Source: Candidatus Nanopelagicales bacterium | Lineage (GTDB): Bacteria; Actinomycetota; Actinomycetes; S36-B12 | DNA: 64,000 nucleotides | Direction of reading: 5' to 3' | Assembly: GCA_028687755.1 (NCBI GenBank) | Contig: JAQTZL010000001.1 | Location: forward strand, 201,404 to 265,403 | In this document: one piece after another, positions 41,226 through 49,331 of the stretch | Position numbering within the stretch: position 1 is the first letter of the stretch | Layout: every line of letters starts with the position of its first letter | The notes under the pieces: generated by a model | Database searches by the model: none | The model's input: the letters and a program-made list of their open reading frames with translations, nothing else | Told to the model about the DNA's origin: nothing | Made by a program: the position numbers and the translations under genes

Positions 41226-42086
41226 ATGAAGTTTTCGCACCTTGTAGCGTCGGCCAGTTTTTCGCTGTTGATTCCAGTCACACTCATTGCAACCCCAGCC
41301 ATGGCGCACCCATCGAGTGCTGCTGTCGCAAAGGTCAAGAGCGCCATGCCTCAAGGCCCTGCTCTTGTCCACCTTGAGGCATCAACGGCAAGTGTGAGTG
41401 CCAAGCCTGCTGGCTTCCAAAAGTTGACGTTGACGCTGAATTCTCCAAAGACGGTTCACTGGCTGGGTGAAGTGAAAAACGCGCAAGGCCAAGACATAGT
41501 CACGCACGGAGTACAACCAGCTTCGCAACTTCCCGTTGACTGGAAGCCTCTTGGCCATGCACAAAATCTTGGTGCAATGGCAACGCTTACCTGGAACACA
41601 CACACGACTAACCCTCGTTACGCGCTTGTGCAGATGGAAAAACCTAGTTACAACTCACGCAAGCAGTCGATTCAGGCACGCTTCACAACCCAAGACGCCA
41701 TTCCCGCACAGATCGCCGATGTGTCATTGAATGTGCATCGAGCACCTGCCAAATCAAACCGTGGATTTCCAGCAACAACACTGTTCAATTTCACGGCAAC
41801 CACTCTTGGTCAAACCGTGCAAACGAACACAACCATGGTGCAAGAAAGCATCATCAATGGCGACATGATGTGTTATCAATTTGGTCTCATCCAGCAGGCG
41901 CCTGTTGCCACACTGCCTAATAATTTGAATTGTGGAGGAGACGTGATATTCATCAATGGGCAATTTTCTATGAACATCCCCACACCGACCCAAACCGGCC
42001 AAGTTATTTTTAATGGCGAGTTAGTCAGCAACGGCGGACAACCAATGCCGTTTTACGGAGTTATCGCCCAATTGCAATATTCGTAA
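41226..42086 (+). CDS. secreted hypothetical protein
   Basis: Signal peptide MKFSHLVASASFSLLIPVTLIATPAMA. No family was recognised. Confidence 0.5.
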   Translation: MKFSHLVASASFSLLIPVTLIATPAMAHPSSAAVAKVKSAMPQGPALVHLEASTASVSAKPAGFQKLTLTLNSPKTVHWLGEVKNAQGQDIVTHGVQPASQLPVDWKPLGHAQNLGAMATLTWNTHTTNPRYALVQMEKPSYNSRKQSIQARFTTQDAIPAQIADVSLNVHRAPAKSNRGFPATTLFNFTATTLGQTVQTNTTMVQESIINGDMMCYQFGLIQQAPVATLPNNLNCGGDVIFINGQFSMNIPTPTQTGQVIFNGELVSNGGQPMPFYGVIAQLQYS

Positions 42087-42097
42087 CCCAAGAAGAC

Positions 42098-42313
42098 TTA
42101 CTCCTTGGGCATACTGAAAATGCGAATGCCTGCGTAAATCGTGCCGATAACGAAGCCAAGCGCTGGCCACATTGGCCAGAAGTAGCCCTGACCGGTGAGA
42201 CCCCACACCACAACACAAATCACCCAGACGGCGACGAAGCCGGCAACTGTTCGCCAGAAACCGTCAATTGACGCTGCTCGCTTTGCTGCTACATCACTCA
42301 TCATCAAGCCCAT
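42098..42313 (-). CDS. small two-TM membrane protein
   Basis: 71 aa with two hydrophobic helices and host-like base composition. Confidence 0.45.
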   Translation of the reverse strand: MGLMMSDVAAKRAASIDGFWRTVAGFVAVWVICVVVWGLTGQGYFWPMWPALGFVIGTIYAGIRIFSMPKE

Positions 42314-42345
42314 CTCTCATCTACCGGTGTTGCGGTGCCCCAGCG

Positions 42346-43083
42346 TCAGTGTTGAGGTTTCGTGAAGGTGGCGGCTTCTTCGGGTCCGGCCTCGCAGGCG
42401 TCGCTGCAGCCGCAGCCGTCGGCCGGTTCCTCGCCCACCGGTCCGGGGACGCAGGCGCATGCCTTGCCCTGCCATGCCTCGCGGCCCTCCCGCAGCGCCA
42501 GGCCCGCGACCACCAGGCCCACGACCGGGTCGGCCCACCACCAGCCCAGCAGCGAGTTCAGTAGCAGCCCGACGAGCAGGACGGCGGAGAGGTATGTGCA
42601 CAGCAGCGTCTGCTTGGAGTCCGCCACCACGGTCACCGACCCCAGTGCCCGTCCGGTGCGGCGCTGCGCCCACGACAGCGTCGGCATGATCGCCAGCGAC
42701 AGCGCCGCGATCACGATGCCGACCGTGGAATGCTCCGGCGCCTCCCGCGTGAGCAGCGTCTTGACCGACTCGAAGGCCACGTAGCCGGCCAGCGCGAAGA
42801 ACGAGATCGCGATGGCCCGCAGCGCCGCCCGTTCCCGGGTCTCGGGCAGCCGATGCCGGAACTGCCACAGAATGATCAGCCCGGACGACATCTCCACTAC
42901 CGAGTCCAGCCCGAACCCGACCAGCGCGACCGACGATGCCGCGGCCCCGGCCGCGATCGCCACCACCGCCTCGACCGCGTTGTAGGCCACCGACGCCCCC
43001 GCCAGCCACTGCGCCCGACGTCCCAGCCTGCGCCGGTCCGACGCGGTCAACGCCAGCCGAGCCGGGGCCGCTGTCCCGGTCAT
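42346..43083 (-). CDS. cation diffusion facilitator (CDF) family metal efflux protein
   Basis: The start ATG at 43083 overlaps the ArsR stop (ATGA). Six TM helices are present with AYNAVEA and DSVVE-type motifs, plus a Cys-rich C-terminal tail. Confidence 0.75.
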   Translation of the reverse strand: MTGTAAPARLALTASDRRRLGRRAQWLAGASVAYNAVEAVVAIAAGAAASSVALVGFGLDSVVEMSSGLIILWQFRHRLPETRERAALRAIAISFFALAGYVAFESVKTLLTREAPEHSTVGIVIAALSLAIMPTLSWAQRRTGRALGSVTVVADSKQTLLCTYLSAVLLVGLLLNSLLGWWWADPVVGLVVAGLALREGREAWQGKACACVPGPVGEEPADGCGCSDACEAGPEEAATFTKPQH

Positions 43084-43478
43084 GACCGCGCCCGCGTGCC
43101 GTAGGTGGGACACAGCGTGACCGCCTCGCCGGTGTCCGCCAGCAGGACCTCCGCCGCCTCCAGCAGCCCGACCAGCGCGGGCTCGGCGGCCAGGGAGTAC
43201 ACCGACGCCCGGCCCTGCGCCCGGACCTGAACCATCCCGCAGTCCAGCAGGCACCGCAGATGCGCCGACACCGTCGACTGCGCAAGCCCAAGGTGCTCGG
43301 TCAACTCCACGACCCTGTGCTCACCCAGCATCAGATGCGTCAGGATCGACAACCGCGACGGGTCACCCAGACTCCGGAACAGACTCGCCGCCGCCGCGAT
43401 CGCGGCCGCGTCCACCCCAGTCCCCGAACCGTCGCGACCCCCCGCTGGACTACTCGCCACCATCGCTGTCATCGCCAT
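43080..43478 (-). CDS. ArsR/SmtB family metalloregulator
   Basis: LFRSLGDPSRLSILTHL ... VVELTEHLGLAQSTVSAHLRCL is a classic winged-HTH ArsR pattern. Confidence 0.85.
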   Translation of the reverse strand: MAMTAMVASSPAGGRDGSGTGVDAAAIAAAASLFRSLGDPSRLSILTHLMLGEHRVVELTEHLGLAQSTVSAHLRCLLDCGMVQVRAQGRASVYSLAAEPALVGLLEAAEVLLADTGEAVTLCPTYGTRARS

Positions 43479-43547
43479 GCGACGATGATAGGCCGTTGGG
43501 CTGGAGCGGCGCGAGGCACGGGTGTAGCGAACCGCTCGCGGTCGTCC

Positions 43548-43810
43548 TCAACCGGAGCCCAGGCGGCGGCGCAACTCTAGGTTCTCCGCCTGCGCGGTGG
43601 CCAAGGCATGGCGCAGTTGCTGGACCTCGGACTGATGCTGGGACCGCATCTGCTTCAGTTGCGTGGACAGCGCCCGCACGGCCGACGATGAGGACTGGGC
43701 CGCCGGTTCGGCGTCGTCTTGGTCGTGGCGGTGCTGCGGCCGGGCGCGTAGGTCGGTGATCAGTGACCGCAGTTCGGGGTGCCGGCCAACAATGCGGGTG
43801 CATCGTGCCA
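43548..43810 (-). pseudogene. 5'-truncated DUF6262-like gene fragment
   Basis: The GRHPELRSLITDLRAR ... coiled-coil tail AQAENLELRRRL resembles the C-terminal part of DUF6262 proteins of high-GC actinomycetes (from memory). The N-terminal HTH part is missing where the GC content drops. Confidence 0.35.
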
Positions 43811-43842
43811 TCTGTATGTTGCGAGGATCATATGAGGCAAAC

Positions 43843-44154
43843 TCACGGATTCTGGTAAATCGCATGGTTGCCTATCCTGCGCCACCGCACGAGTAATTCA
43901 CCGTCACGTTCATTGAACTCAAAGGTTGCTCGACTGTCAGGTGACGCAAACGACCACGTCATTTCCCACACCCTCGGCGCACTGACCATGCGACGTACGT
44001 GCAATGCGGAAGGCCAAACACTTGATTGCCTTGATGCTTCAAACGCTACACATCCATCATGGAACTGCTGAACGACAGACATGAATGCACGGCGGTGCTC
44101 ACTGGGTAATCCCAAGAAGTCACGATCAAATCGCGGTGTGGCCTCGAACTTCAT
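43843..44154 (-). CDS. RelE/ParE-superfamily-like toxin
   Basis: 103 aa. The C-terminal RVWEMTW...LLVRWRRIGNHAIY resembles the RelE/ParE fold pattern. It overlaps the upstream antitoxin gene by ATGA. Confidence 0.5.
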   Translation of the reverse strand: MKFEATPRFDRDFLGLPSEHRRAFMSVVQQFHDGCVAFEASRQSSVWPSALHVRRMVSAPRVWEMTWSFASPDSRATFEFNERDGELLVRWRRIGNHAIYQNP

Positions 44155-44468
44155 TCAGCGATTGAATCTAAGTTCTCAAGTGCTTGCACAAAGTTATCCA
44201 CATCGGAGTACGCGCGTACTTCACCACGAGCAACGAGCTCATCAACTTCGCGCTCGCCTGCCTGCCAGCCTTCTTGCCAGAACCATGCTTCATCTGCAGG
44301 AACCGCAACAGTTGGTCGAAATTCCAAGATGCCATCGGCACGCTCAGTGATCTCTACCTGTGCACCTGGTTCATCGAGACGATATTTCTTACGCAGTGCC
44401 GCAGGCAGGGCAACTAAGCCTCGTGCCTGAACGGCTACAAATCCGTGGAAGGGAACAGCTGAACTCAT
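44151..44468 (-). CDS. AbrB/MazE/SpoVT-type antitoxin
   Basis: VAVQARGLVALPAALRKKYRL...GAQVEITE matches the swapped-hairpin AbrB-like DNA-binding pattern. Confidence 0.65.
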   Translation of the reverse strand: MSSAVPFHGFVAVQARGLVALPAALRKKYRLDEPGAQVEITERADGILEFRPTVAVPADEAWFWQEGWQAGEREVDELVARGEVRAYSDVDNFVQALENLDSIAE

Positions 44469-44483
44469 GTGCCACGATTAGCC

Positions 44484-44521
44484 GTATTGCAGTAATTCAG
44501 CAATACAGCAATACAGCAATC
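44484..44521 (-). promoter_or_regulatory. candidate operator array upstream of the AbrB-type TA operon
   Basis: An inverted repeat gtattgc-N9-gcaatac overlaps three tandem 8-mers (cagcaata cagcaata cagcaatc). The array lies 16-53 nt upstream of the antitoxin start. Confidence 0.35.
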
Positions 44522-44550
44522 TTTCGACCCTAAACACAGAAGGTGGGTAC

Positions 44551-44994
44551 TTACCCCGCCCGCAACACCAACATGTACTGACCGCCACCAGGTTCAATCG
44601 ACGTCGACAAGGCCATGCCTGGCACAAAGCGGGAGAGCCGATCGAGTAACCAGTCAGAGGCCTCTTGAGCGTCCGATTCACTTGGGCAACGAGCAATAAC
44701 CTCTCGCCCACCCTTACGGGAAAGACGATCAACAGTGGCAACGATCGGCGAAGGATCGACCACCAGAAGATCTGGTGACCACGCAACGACTGGGGCGACC
44801 TTGCCCTTCTTGGTGTTGCAGTCGCGGTGAGCCAGGCGCTCAACCATGACCGCGCCTTTCTTTCCCTTGGCAGCCGCAAACCCATCAACGGACGGGCCGC
44901 GATCGGAATTCACGGAGGCTTCTGGATCTACCGGGGCATCACAGAGCCAGCAACGCCAACCATCGCGTTCGCCGATCTCATTTAGGTCACTCAT
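44551..44994 (-). CDS. HNH-type nuclease domain protein
   Basis: GWRCWLCDAPV ... RLAHRDCNTKKG has a Cys pair plus an H-N pattern in the N-terminal 70 aa. The C-terminal half is uncharacterised. Confidence 0.5.
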   Translation of the reverse strand: MSDLNEIGERDGWRCWLCDAPVDPEASVNSDRGPSVDGFAAAKGKKGAVMVERLAHRDCNTKKGKVAPVVAWSPDLLVVDPSPIVATVDRLSRKGGREVIARCPSESDAQEASDWLLDRLSRFVPGMALSTSIEPGGGQYMLVLRAG

Positions 44995-45073
44995 GTGGGC
45001 AGGCTATGCCATTGAGACACAGACCCATCGCCCCGTGCTGTTCTTAACTGAGTAGATCCAGCACACGTCTGCG

Positions 45074-45772
45074 TTATGGATAAGTGTTGTGGATACCTGC
45101 GGTGCGCTCAACCCAACCGCCTGCACTCGTACAAGCATTATCAAATGACGTGCTCTCCGAACTTGCGAGAACAGAACCTGGCGGTGTGATCTCAGATCCG
45201 CTCTTGGACATACAGATAGCCATCGGCGGAAAGTTCGTGGTGGTGGTTGTCACATCGTCGATAAACAAGCTCACAGCATCAAAAGTTGCAGGCGGTGTGG
45301 CGTAGGCCTTATTCACGAGATTTTTTGCACCAACAGAGATCACATTGGGCGCAAGCACTACTGCATGGAACTTCAATGTCGACGCATCGATCAACTGTGG
45401 CTTGGTGAGTTCAACAACAAATGAATCACTGGCGCCATCGGAATTATGTTCAACCAACACGGCATTTGGTGCAGCATCTGCAAACACCTGTGGCCATACC
45501 TGCACGGCGCGTGAAAGTGAACTCACACTTGAGTCGCGATATGGGCGATCAGTGAAGGCGATGATGCTTTCGTCAGTGCCATTGAGGGTGAGCTCGTATG
45601 AGCCATCCGCATTGGGTTGCAGCGTTCCTGAATCCGAAGTCAGACTAAAAAGCCAATTGCGTTCTGATGAATCTGCCCCGGTTTGCGGTGAGTACACAGA
45701 AGTTGCCCAGGCCATGACCACAACAGTTGCAATTCCAGCGAGAGCGAAAATGGCCCAGAGCTTTTTGTTCAT
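45074..45772 (-). CDS. secreted hypothetical protein, paralog A
   Basis: Signal peptide MNKKLWAIFALAGIATVVVMAWA. It shares FTDRPYR / APNAVL / SLFIDD motifs with the 50651..51481 product. Confidence 0.5.
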   Translation of the reverse strand: MNKKLWAIFALAGIATVVVMAWATSVYSPQTGADSSERNWLFSLTSDSGTLQPNADGSYELTLNGTDESIIAFTDRPYRDSSVSSLSRAVQVWPQVFADAAPNAVLVEHNSDGASDSFVVELTKPQLIDASTLKFHAVVLAPNVISVGAKNLVNKAYATPPATFDAVSLFIDDVTTTTTNFPPMAICMSKSGSEITPPGSVLASSESTSFDNACTSAGGWVERTAGIHNTYP

Positions 45773-45821
45773 GCGACAACGGTATCTGCTTTTCAAATAA
45801 CACACACCATCGCAATAACAA

Positions 45822-45862
45822 GTGCAGGCGCCACTACCTCACATCTGTAGTGACGCCTGCAC
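45822..45862 (-). terminator. hairpin downstream of the phytase-like gene
   Basis: gtgcaggcgccact ... agtgacgcctgcac forms a 14-bp stem with one mismatch and a 13-nt loop. It lies 13 nt after the stop at 45875. Confidence 0.5.
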
Positions 45863-45874
45863 TTTAAATTTGAG

Positions 45875-47299
45875 CTACTTCTTGATTGCGGCCTTTGCAG
45901 GTGCTTTTGCTGACACCTTTGACTTCGCCTTTGCAGCGGCTGTCACCTTCGCCGAGTTAGCGCTCTTTGCAAGTGCCTTGACTTCAGCATCCGGTGTGGT
46001 TGGCAGATTTTGTGCCAAGGTCACGTAGAGGAACTGCGTTGGTGCACCTGTCGGCACGATGGCCTTGAGCTTGGTGTCATAGATGAAGGCGAAGTCGTTG
46101 TCGTTGACGAACGCCAAGGTGTTTGCATTCTCAACGGCCATGCCTTCGACCTTCTTTGGCATTTCAGGTACCGACGTGCTGCGGAAGATCACGTTCTTGA
46201 ATGGCAACATCGAAGTCACCGCTGAATCTGTTGGCTTGAGGGATTCCAAGGTTGGGGCATTTGACGTGTCAAAAGTACTGCCGAGGATTGATTGAGCTGG
46301 GTTCAAGGCAACCTGAGAAACAATGAAGGAGTTGTCCGTGCGCTCTTGCACCAACATGATGTTGTTGGTCAATGCCACCATTGCTGAAAGTTTCAAATCA
46401 GCAGGCTTGGTTGTGGTTGGGTCAACAGCCTCTGGAGCCTCAAACTTATAGACCCATTCAGCATCAATGACCTTGGTCGCGAGGTCCATCCGCAAGATTC
46501 GGGTCTGCAAGGAAGCATCGCCTGTCTTCTTATCTGGGTTCAGCAGTGGGCTTTGAAGCCCGATGAACAAGTACTTCTCATCTGGTGACATTGCCAGTGC
46601 TTCGAATCCACGATTGCCCTTGCGGGTCAACAACACTGCAGGCAAGGAATCGGTAACTGGGTAGCCAGCGCCTGTCCCCTTCCAGCCCTTTGGAACGAAA
46701 CGGTTTTTAACGACGCCGTCAGCATCAGTCTGAATCAGCGATGGGCCGTACTCATCCACCAACCAGAAGTCACCATTCTTGGTACGCACTACGCCTTCAG
46801 TGTCCAAACCATTGACGTTGTAGTTGATTGGAGCGCCTGCTGGCGTCGTTGGTACCTGGTCGTAGCCAGGAACGTTTGGCAGGCCAGTGACGCCAACACC
46901 CTTGATCGTCTGAATTGCAATCTTTTCAGCGATGGTCGCTGAACCACCCGCAACCTTGATCTTCATGATCAGTGGTGAGAAGTCAGGAACAGGAAAACCA
47001 AGGCCTGCATTGCCGTCAGCCATCACCGTGTCGTTGTTTGGCCCGCGGTCGGTGACCACCCAGTACTCGCCTTTGCTGCCTGGACTGCGAAACAGATCTG
47101 AGCCGAATCCACCTAACTGAATTCCTGAGTCATTTTTCACCGAACCTGGCAGAGCCGCATTTGATGCTGCAGCAAGTCCTTCTGATGGGAAGGTATAAAT
47201 ACTCACGCCAGTGGTAGCGGCGAAAGCCGGGACCGCCGCGACGGTGAGGGCTGCAGCGCTCAAGCCCAAGATTGCAATGCGTGCACGCACGTTGTTCAT
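45875..47299 (-). CDS. secreted esterase-like-activity-of-phytase family protein with a Lys/Ala-rich tail
   Basis: The start is set at MNNVRARIAILGLSAAALTV. A beta-propeller-like body is present (GFEALAMSPDEKYLF). The C-terminal tail is KVTAAAKAKSKVSAKAPAKAAIKK. Confidence 0.55.
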   Translation of the reverse strand: MNNVRARIAILGLSAAALTVAAVPAFAATTGVSIYTFPSEGLAAASNAALPGSVKNDSGIQLGGFGSDLFRSPGSKGEYWVVTDRGPNNDTVMADGNAGLGFPVPDFSPLIMKIKVAGGSATIAEKIAIQTIKGVGVTGLPNVPGYDQVPTTPAGAPINYNVNGLDTEGVVRTKNGDFWLVDEYGPSLIQTDADGVVKNRFVPKGWKGTGAGYPVTDSLPAVLLTRKGNRGFEALAMSPDEKYLFIGLQSPLLNPDKKTGDASLQTRILRMDLATKVIDAEWVYKFEAPEAVDPTTTKPADLKLSAMVALTNNIMLVQERTDNSFIVSQVALNPAQSILGSTFDTSNAPTLESLKPTDSAVTSMLPFKNVIFRSTSVPEMPKKVEGMAVENANTLAFVNDNDFAFIYDTKLKAIVPTGAPTQFLYVTLAQNLPTTPDAEVKALAKSANSAKVTAAAKAKSKVSAKAPAKAAIKK

Positions 47300-47579
47300 C
47301 CTTACGTTGAAGTATTGAAATAACGCGTGAGCAAACCAGCCTTTGATGAACACCAATCAGTGGAAAACACTCGCCCACATGACGTGAAGATGAACTTCTC
47401 TGTGCAACCTGCAGCCACGTGTGCGCAGAAAGGCAGTAACTACATTCTCTGGGTACTACAAAAAGACGTTATCGATGCGCCAAGCCCCCCAGGTATTCAC
47501 CAACGTGCGCAGCAGCGAACGACCGGAACATGGTGAAACCCTTTGAATCATGCCCCCAGCACGGCGGAAACCTTTTGAG

Positions 47580-48146
47580 TTACGAGCGCAGCTGAACTTC
47601 GAGCAAGACTTCATTGCGACGAAGAAACCACGGCTTCCAAGGCGGGTCATACCGCGCCCACACTGCAGGGCCGACGGCTTCGTATCCAGAAAAGTTGCCG
47701 ACCTGCGAATCAGCGCCAGCACCAGCACCAGCACCAGCACCAGCACCAGCACCAGCAAGAAGCCTACGCAACTCAGCTTCATGTTCCATCACACTCGAAT
47801 ATGTCCATCGACCAGACCAGCGAGCTGCAAGCGCAAGATGCGAAGGAATTTCGCGCAAGGTTATTTGTGCATCATCAGGCAGCGGATAGTCACCGATCCC
47901 TTTTCTGCCAGGCAACACGAAACTCACTACCCACGCATCAGTTTCAGAAGACGCGGCTTGCAGCACAGGTGCAGTCATCGAGATTTGCTTGGCCGAGATA
48001 TATCGAACAAGTGACCCAAAGGCTTTGTTTCCTACCCGATCGGCGGAACCTGTCATCACAACATCGGCGACTGTGCAACGCTCATATCTGCGCAATTCAA
48101 CATTGCCGGAAACCTCAACTACTTCGTACTTTTGCTGCTCAGTCAT
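47580..48146 (-). CDS. SOUL/HEBP heme-binding family protein with an internal (Ala-Gly)n insert
   Basis: The start at 48146 is preceded by GAGGAGG. YEVVEV...YERC...ISMTAPV is the SOUL pattern. Confidence 0.65.
   Translation of the reverse strand: MTEQQKYEVVEVSGNVELRRYERCTVADVVMTGSADRVGNKAFGSLVRYISAKQISMTAPVLQAASSETDAWVVSFVLPGRKGIGDYPLPDDAQITLREIPSHLALAARWSGRWTYSSVMEHEAELRRLLAGAGAGAGAGAGAGADSQVGNFSGYEAVGPAVWARYDPPWKPWFLRRNEVLLEVQLRS
47716..47757. repeat. perfect hexanucleotide microsatellite (CCAGCA)x7
   Basis: Read directly from the sequence. It lies inside the SOUL-family CDS and encodes AGAGAGAGAGAGAGA on the minus strand. Confidence 0.95.
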
Positions 48147-48259
48147 TCGGACCTCCTCGCGATGCCTCAACCACACGTGCTCCGTTACCCCAGTATGAGC
48201 GTGAGGATCCCAAAAGGACGATCATTGACTTACGTAACTAGTAATGTATATTACCTGTT

Positions 48260-48853
48260 ATGAAAACGAAGGAATCTCCACTGCTTCCTATGTTGCGCTC
48301 TCGCGTACAAGGAGACATGTTGGCCATGCTTTTCCTTGACCCTGATCGCTCCTACAGCCTCACTGACCTTGCTCACCGTTCAGGAGCAAGCGTTCGAGCC
48401 ATTCACGCTGAAGCTAATCGACTTGTTGAAGCTGATTGGGTGCACGAAAGGCGGGTCGGTAACAACCGGATGCTTCAAGCAAACTCATCATCGATCATTG
48501 CCAGTGCACTCTCCCAACTTCTTCTTGTCACATATGGACCATTACCTCTCCTGACTGACGCCCTCATCGGACTTCCAGATATCTCGCGTGCCTACATATA
48601 TGGATCTTGGGCGGCCCGTCATGAAGGTCTACCAGGGCCTGCCCCACAAGACATTGACGTGCTCGTAGTTGGCACGATCGATCTTGATCTTGTTCATGAT
48701 GCAGTTGAGCCTGTTGCACAACGATTGAAACGCGAAGTGAATATTCGTCGGGTGAGTGAAAAGCAATGGCGCAATTATGAAGACGACCCGTTCCTCAAGA
48801 CGCTGCACTCAAGCCCGTTAGTCGAGTTATCACGTGAGGCGATGACACGATGA
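48260..48853 (+). CDS. winged-HTH plus minimal nucleotidyltransferase (MNT-like) protein
   Basis: The N-terminal wHTH is YSLTDLAHRSGASVRAIHAEANRLVEADWV. The NTase motif is YIYGSWAAR...DIDVLVVG. Confidence 0.6.
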   Translation: MKTKESPLLPMLRSRVQGDMLAMLFLDPDRSYSLTDLAHRSGASVRAIHAEANRLVEADWVHERRVGNNRMLQANSSSIIASALSQLLLVTYGPLPLLTDALIGLPDISRAYIYGSWAARHEGLPGPAPQDIDVLVVGTIDLDLVHDAVEPVAQRLKREVNIRRVSEKQWRNYEDDPFLKTLHSSPLVELSREAMTR

Positions 48854-49329
48854 CGAATCAATGGAATCAAGGGCGCGAACTCATCCTTGCAATGCTTGCA
48901 GATAACCGACTGAGTCAGATCACGCCTAATCGCGATCAGGCGGAGGTCCTCCTAACGCAAGCACGTCAGCATCTGTCTAGCGCAACAACCTTGGCTTTGT
49001 CCGATCCTGAAGGTAGCTACGTGCTCGCATACGACGCAGCGCGCAAAGCACTCACTGCAGTTCTTGAAGTTCAGGGCTTGCGCACATCAAGTGCACGAGG
49101 GCACCACCTCAACCTCTTTGACGCTGTGGTGGCCCAACTTGATCCGCCAATGGGTAAAGACCTTCGTCCATTTTCTCGAATGAGGAGAAGACGGAACGAA
49201 GTTGAATATCCCTCGATCGAAATGCCAGCGATGACGGCAACGGACGTGCTCGAAGATGTCGGAAAAGCAAGTGTGATTGTTGAAGTATGCAGCAAAGTCA
49301 TTGATCATCTGCCTGCATTTGCGTTCTAA
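48850..49329 (+). CDS. HEPN domain protein
   Basis: It overlaps the MNT-like gene by ATGA. The helical pattern plus RRRRNEVEYP resembles actinobacterial HEPN toxins of the R-x4-6-H type (SAV_6107-like, from memory). Confidence 0.55.
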   Translation: MTNQWNQGRELILAMLADNRLSQITPNRDQAEVLLTQARQHLSSATTLALSDPEGSYVLAYDAARKALTAVLEVQGLRTSSARGHHLNLFDAVVAQLDPPMGKDLRPFSRMRRRRNEVEYPSIEMPAMTATDVLEDVGKASVIVEVCSKVIDHLPAFAF

Positions 49330-49331
49330 AA

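Larger units (their letters stand above)
42320..43810. other. horizontally acquired high-GC segment (ArsR-CDF cassette plus gene fragment)
   Basis: Base composition shifts sharply from both flanks. This is the only place in the window where long ORFs pile up in nearly all six frames, which marks stop-codon-poor high-GC DNA. Confidence 0.75.

Noticed and set aside
42317-43803. Many long overlapping ORFs in several frames (e.g. 42317..43291, 42362..42784, 42730..43104, 43260..43580, 43450..43803, 43496..43759).
   Set aside because: They are Arg/Pro/Gly-rich with no family features, as expected from stop-codon-poor high-GC DNA. Only the ArsR and CDF frames show real protein motifs.
42320-43810. 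The high-GC segment as a pure assembly chimera.
   Set aside because: Host-like sequence continues on both sides with intact neighbouring genes, which favours a genuine insertion. This cannot be excluded without read-level evidence, so it is kept as a check in the finding.
42300-43815. Short similarity at the two edges of the high-GC insert (gcccatctctcat versus tgccatctgtatg) as a target-site duplication.
   Set aside because: Only about 7-8 matching bases are shared, which is well within chance. There are no inverted terminal repeats or a recombinase to support it.
47716-47757. A possible CRISPR array or other spaced repeat. The repetitive rpoD 5' region (6100-6320) was considered for the same reason.
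   Set aside because: The repeats are contiguous short tandem units without spacers and lie inside coding sequence. There are no cas genes in the window.
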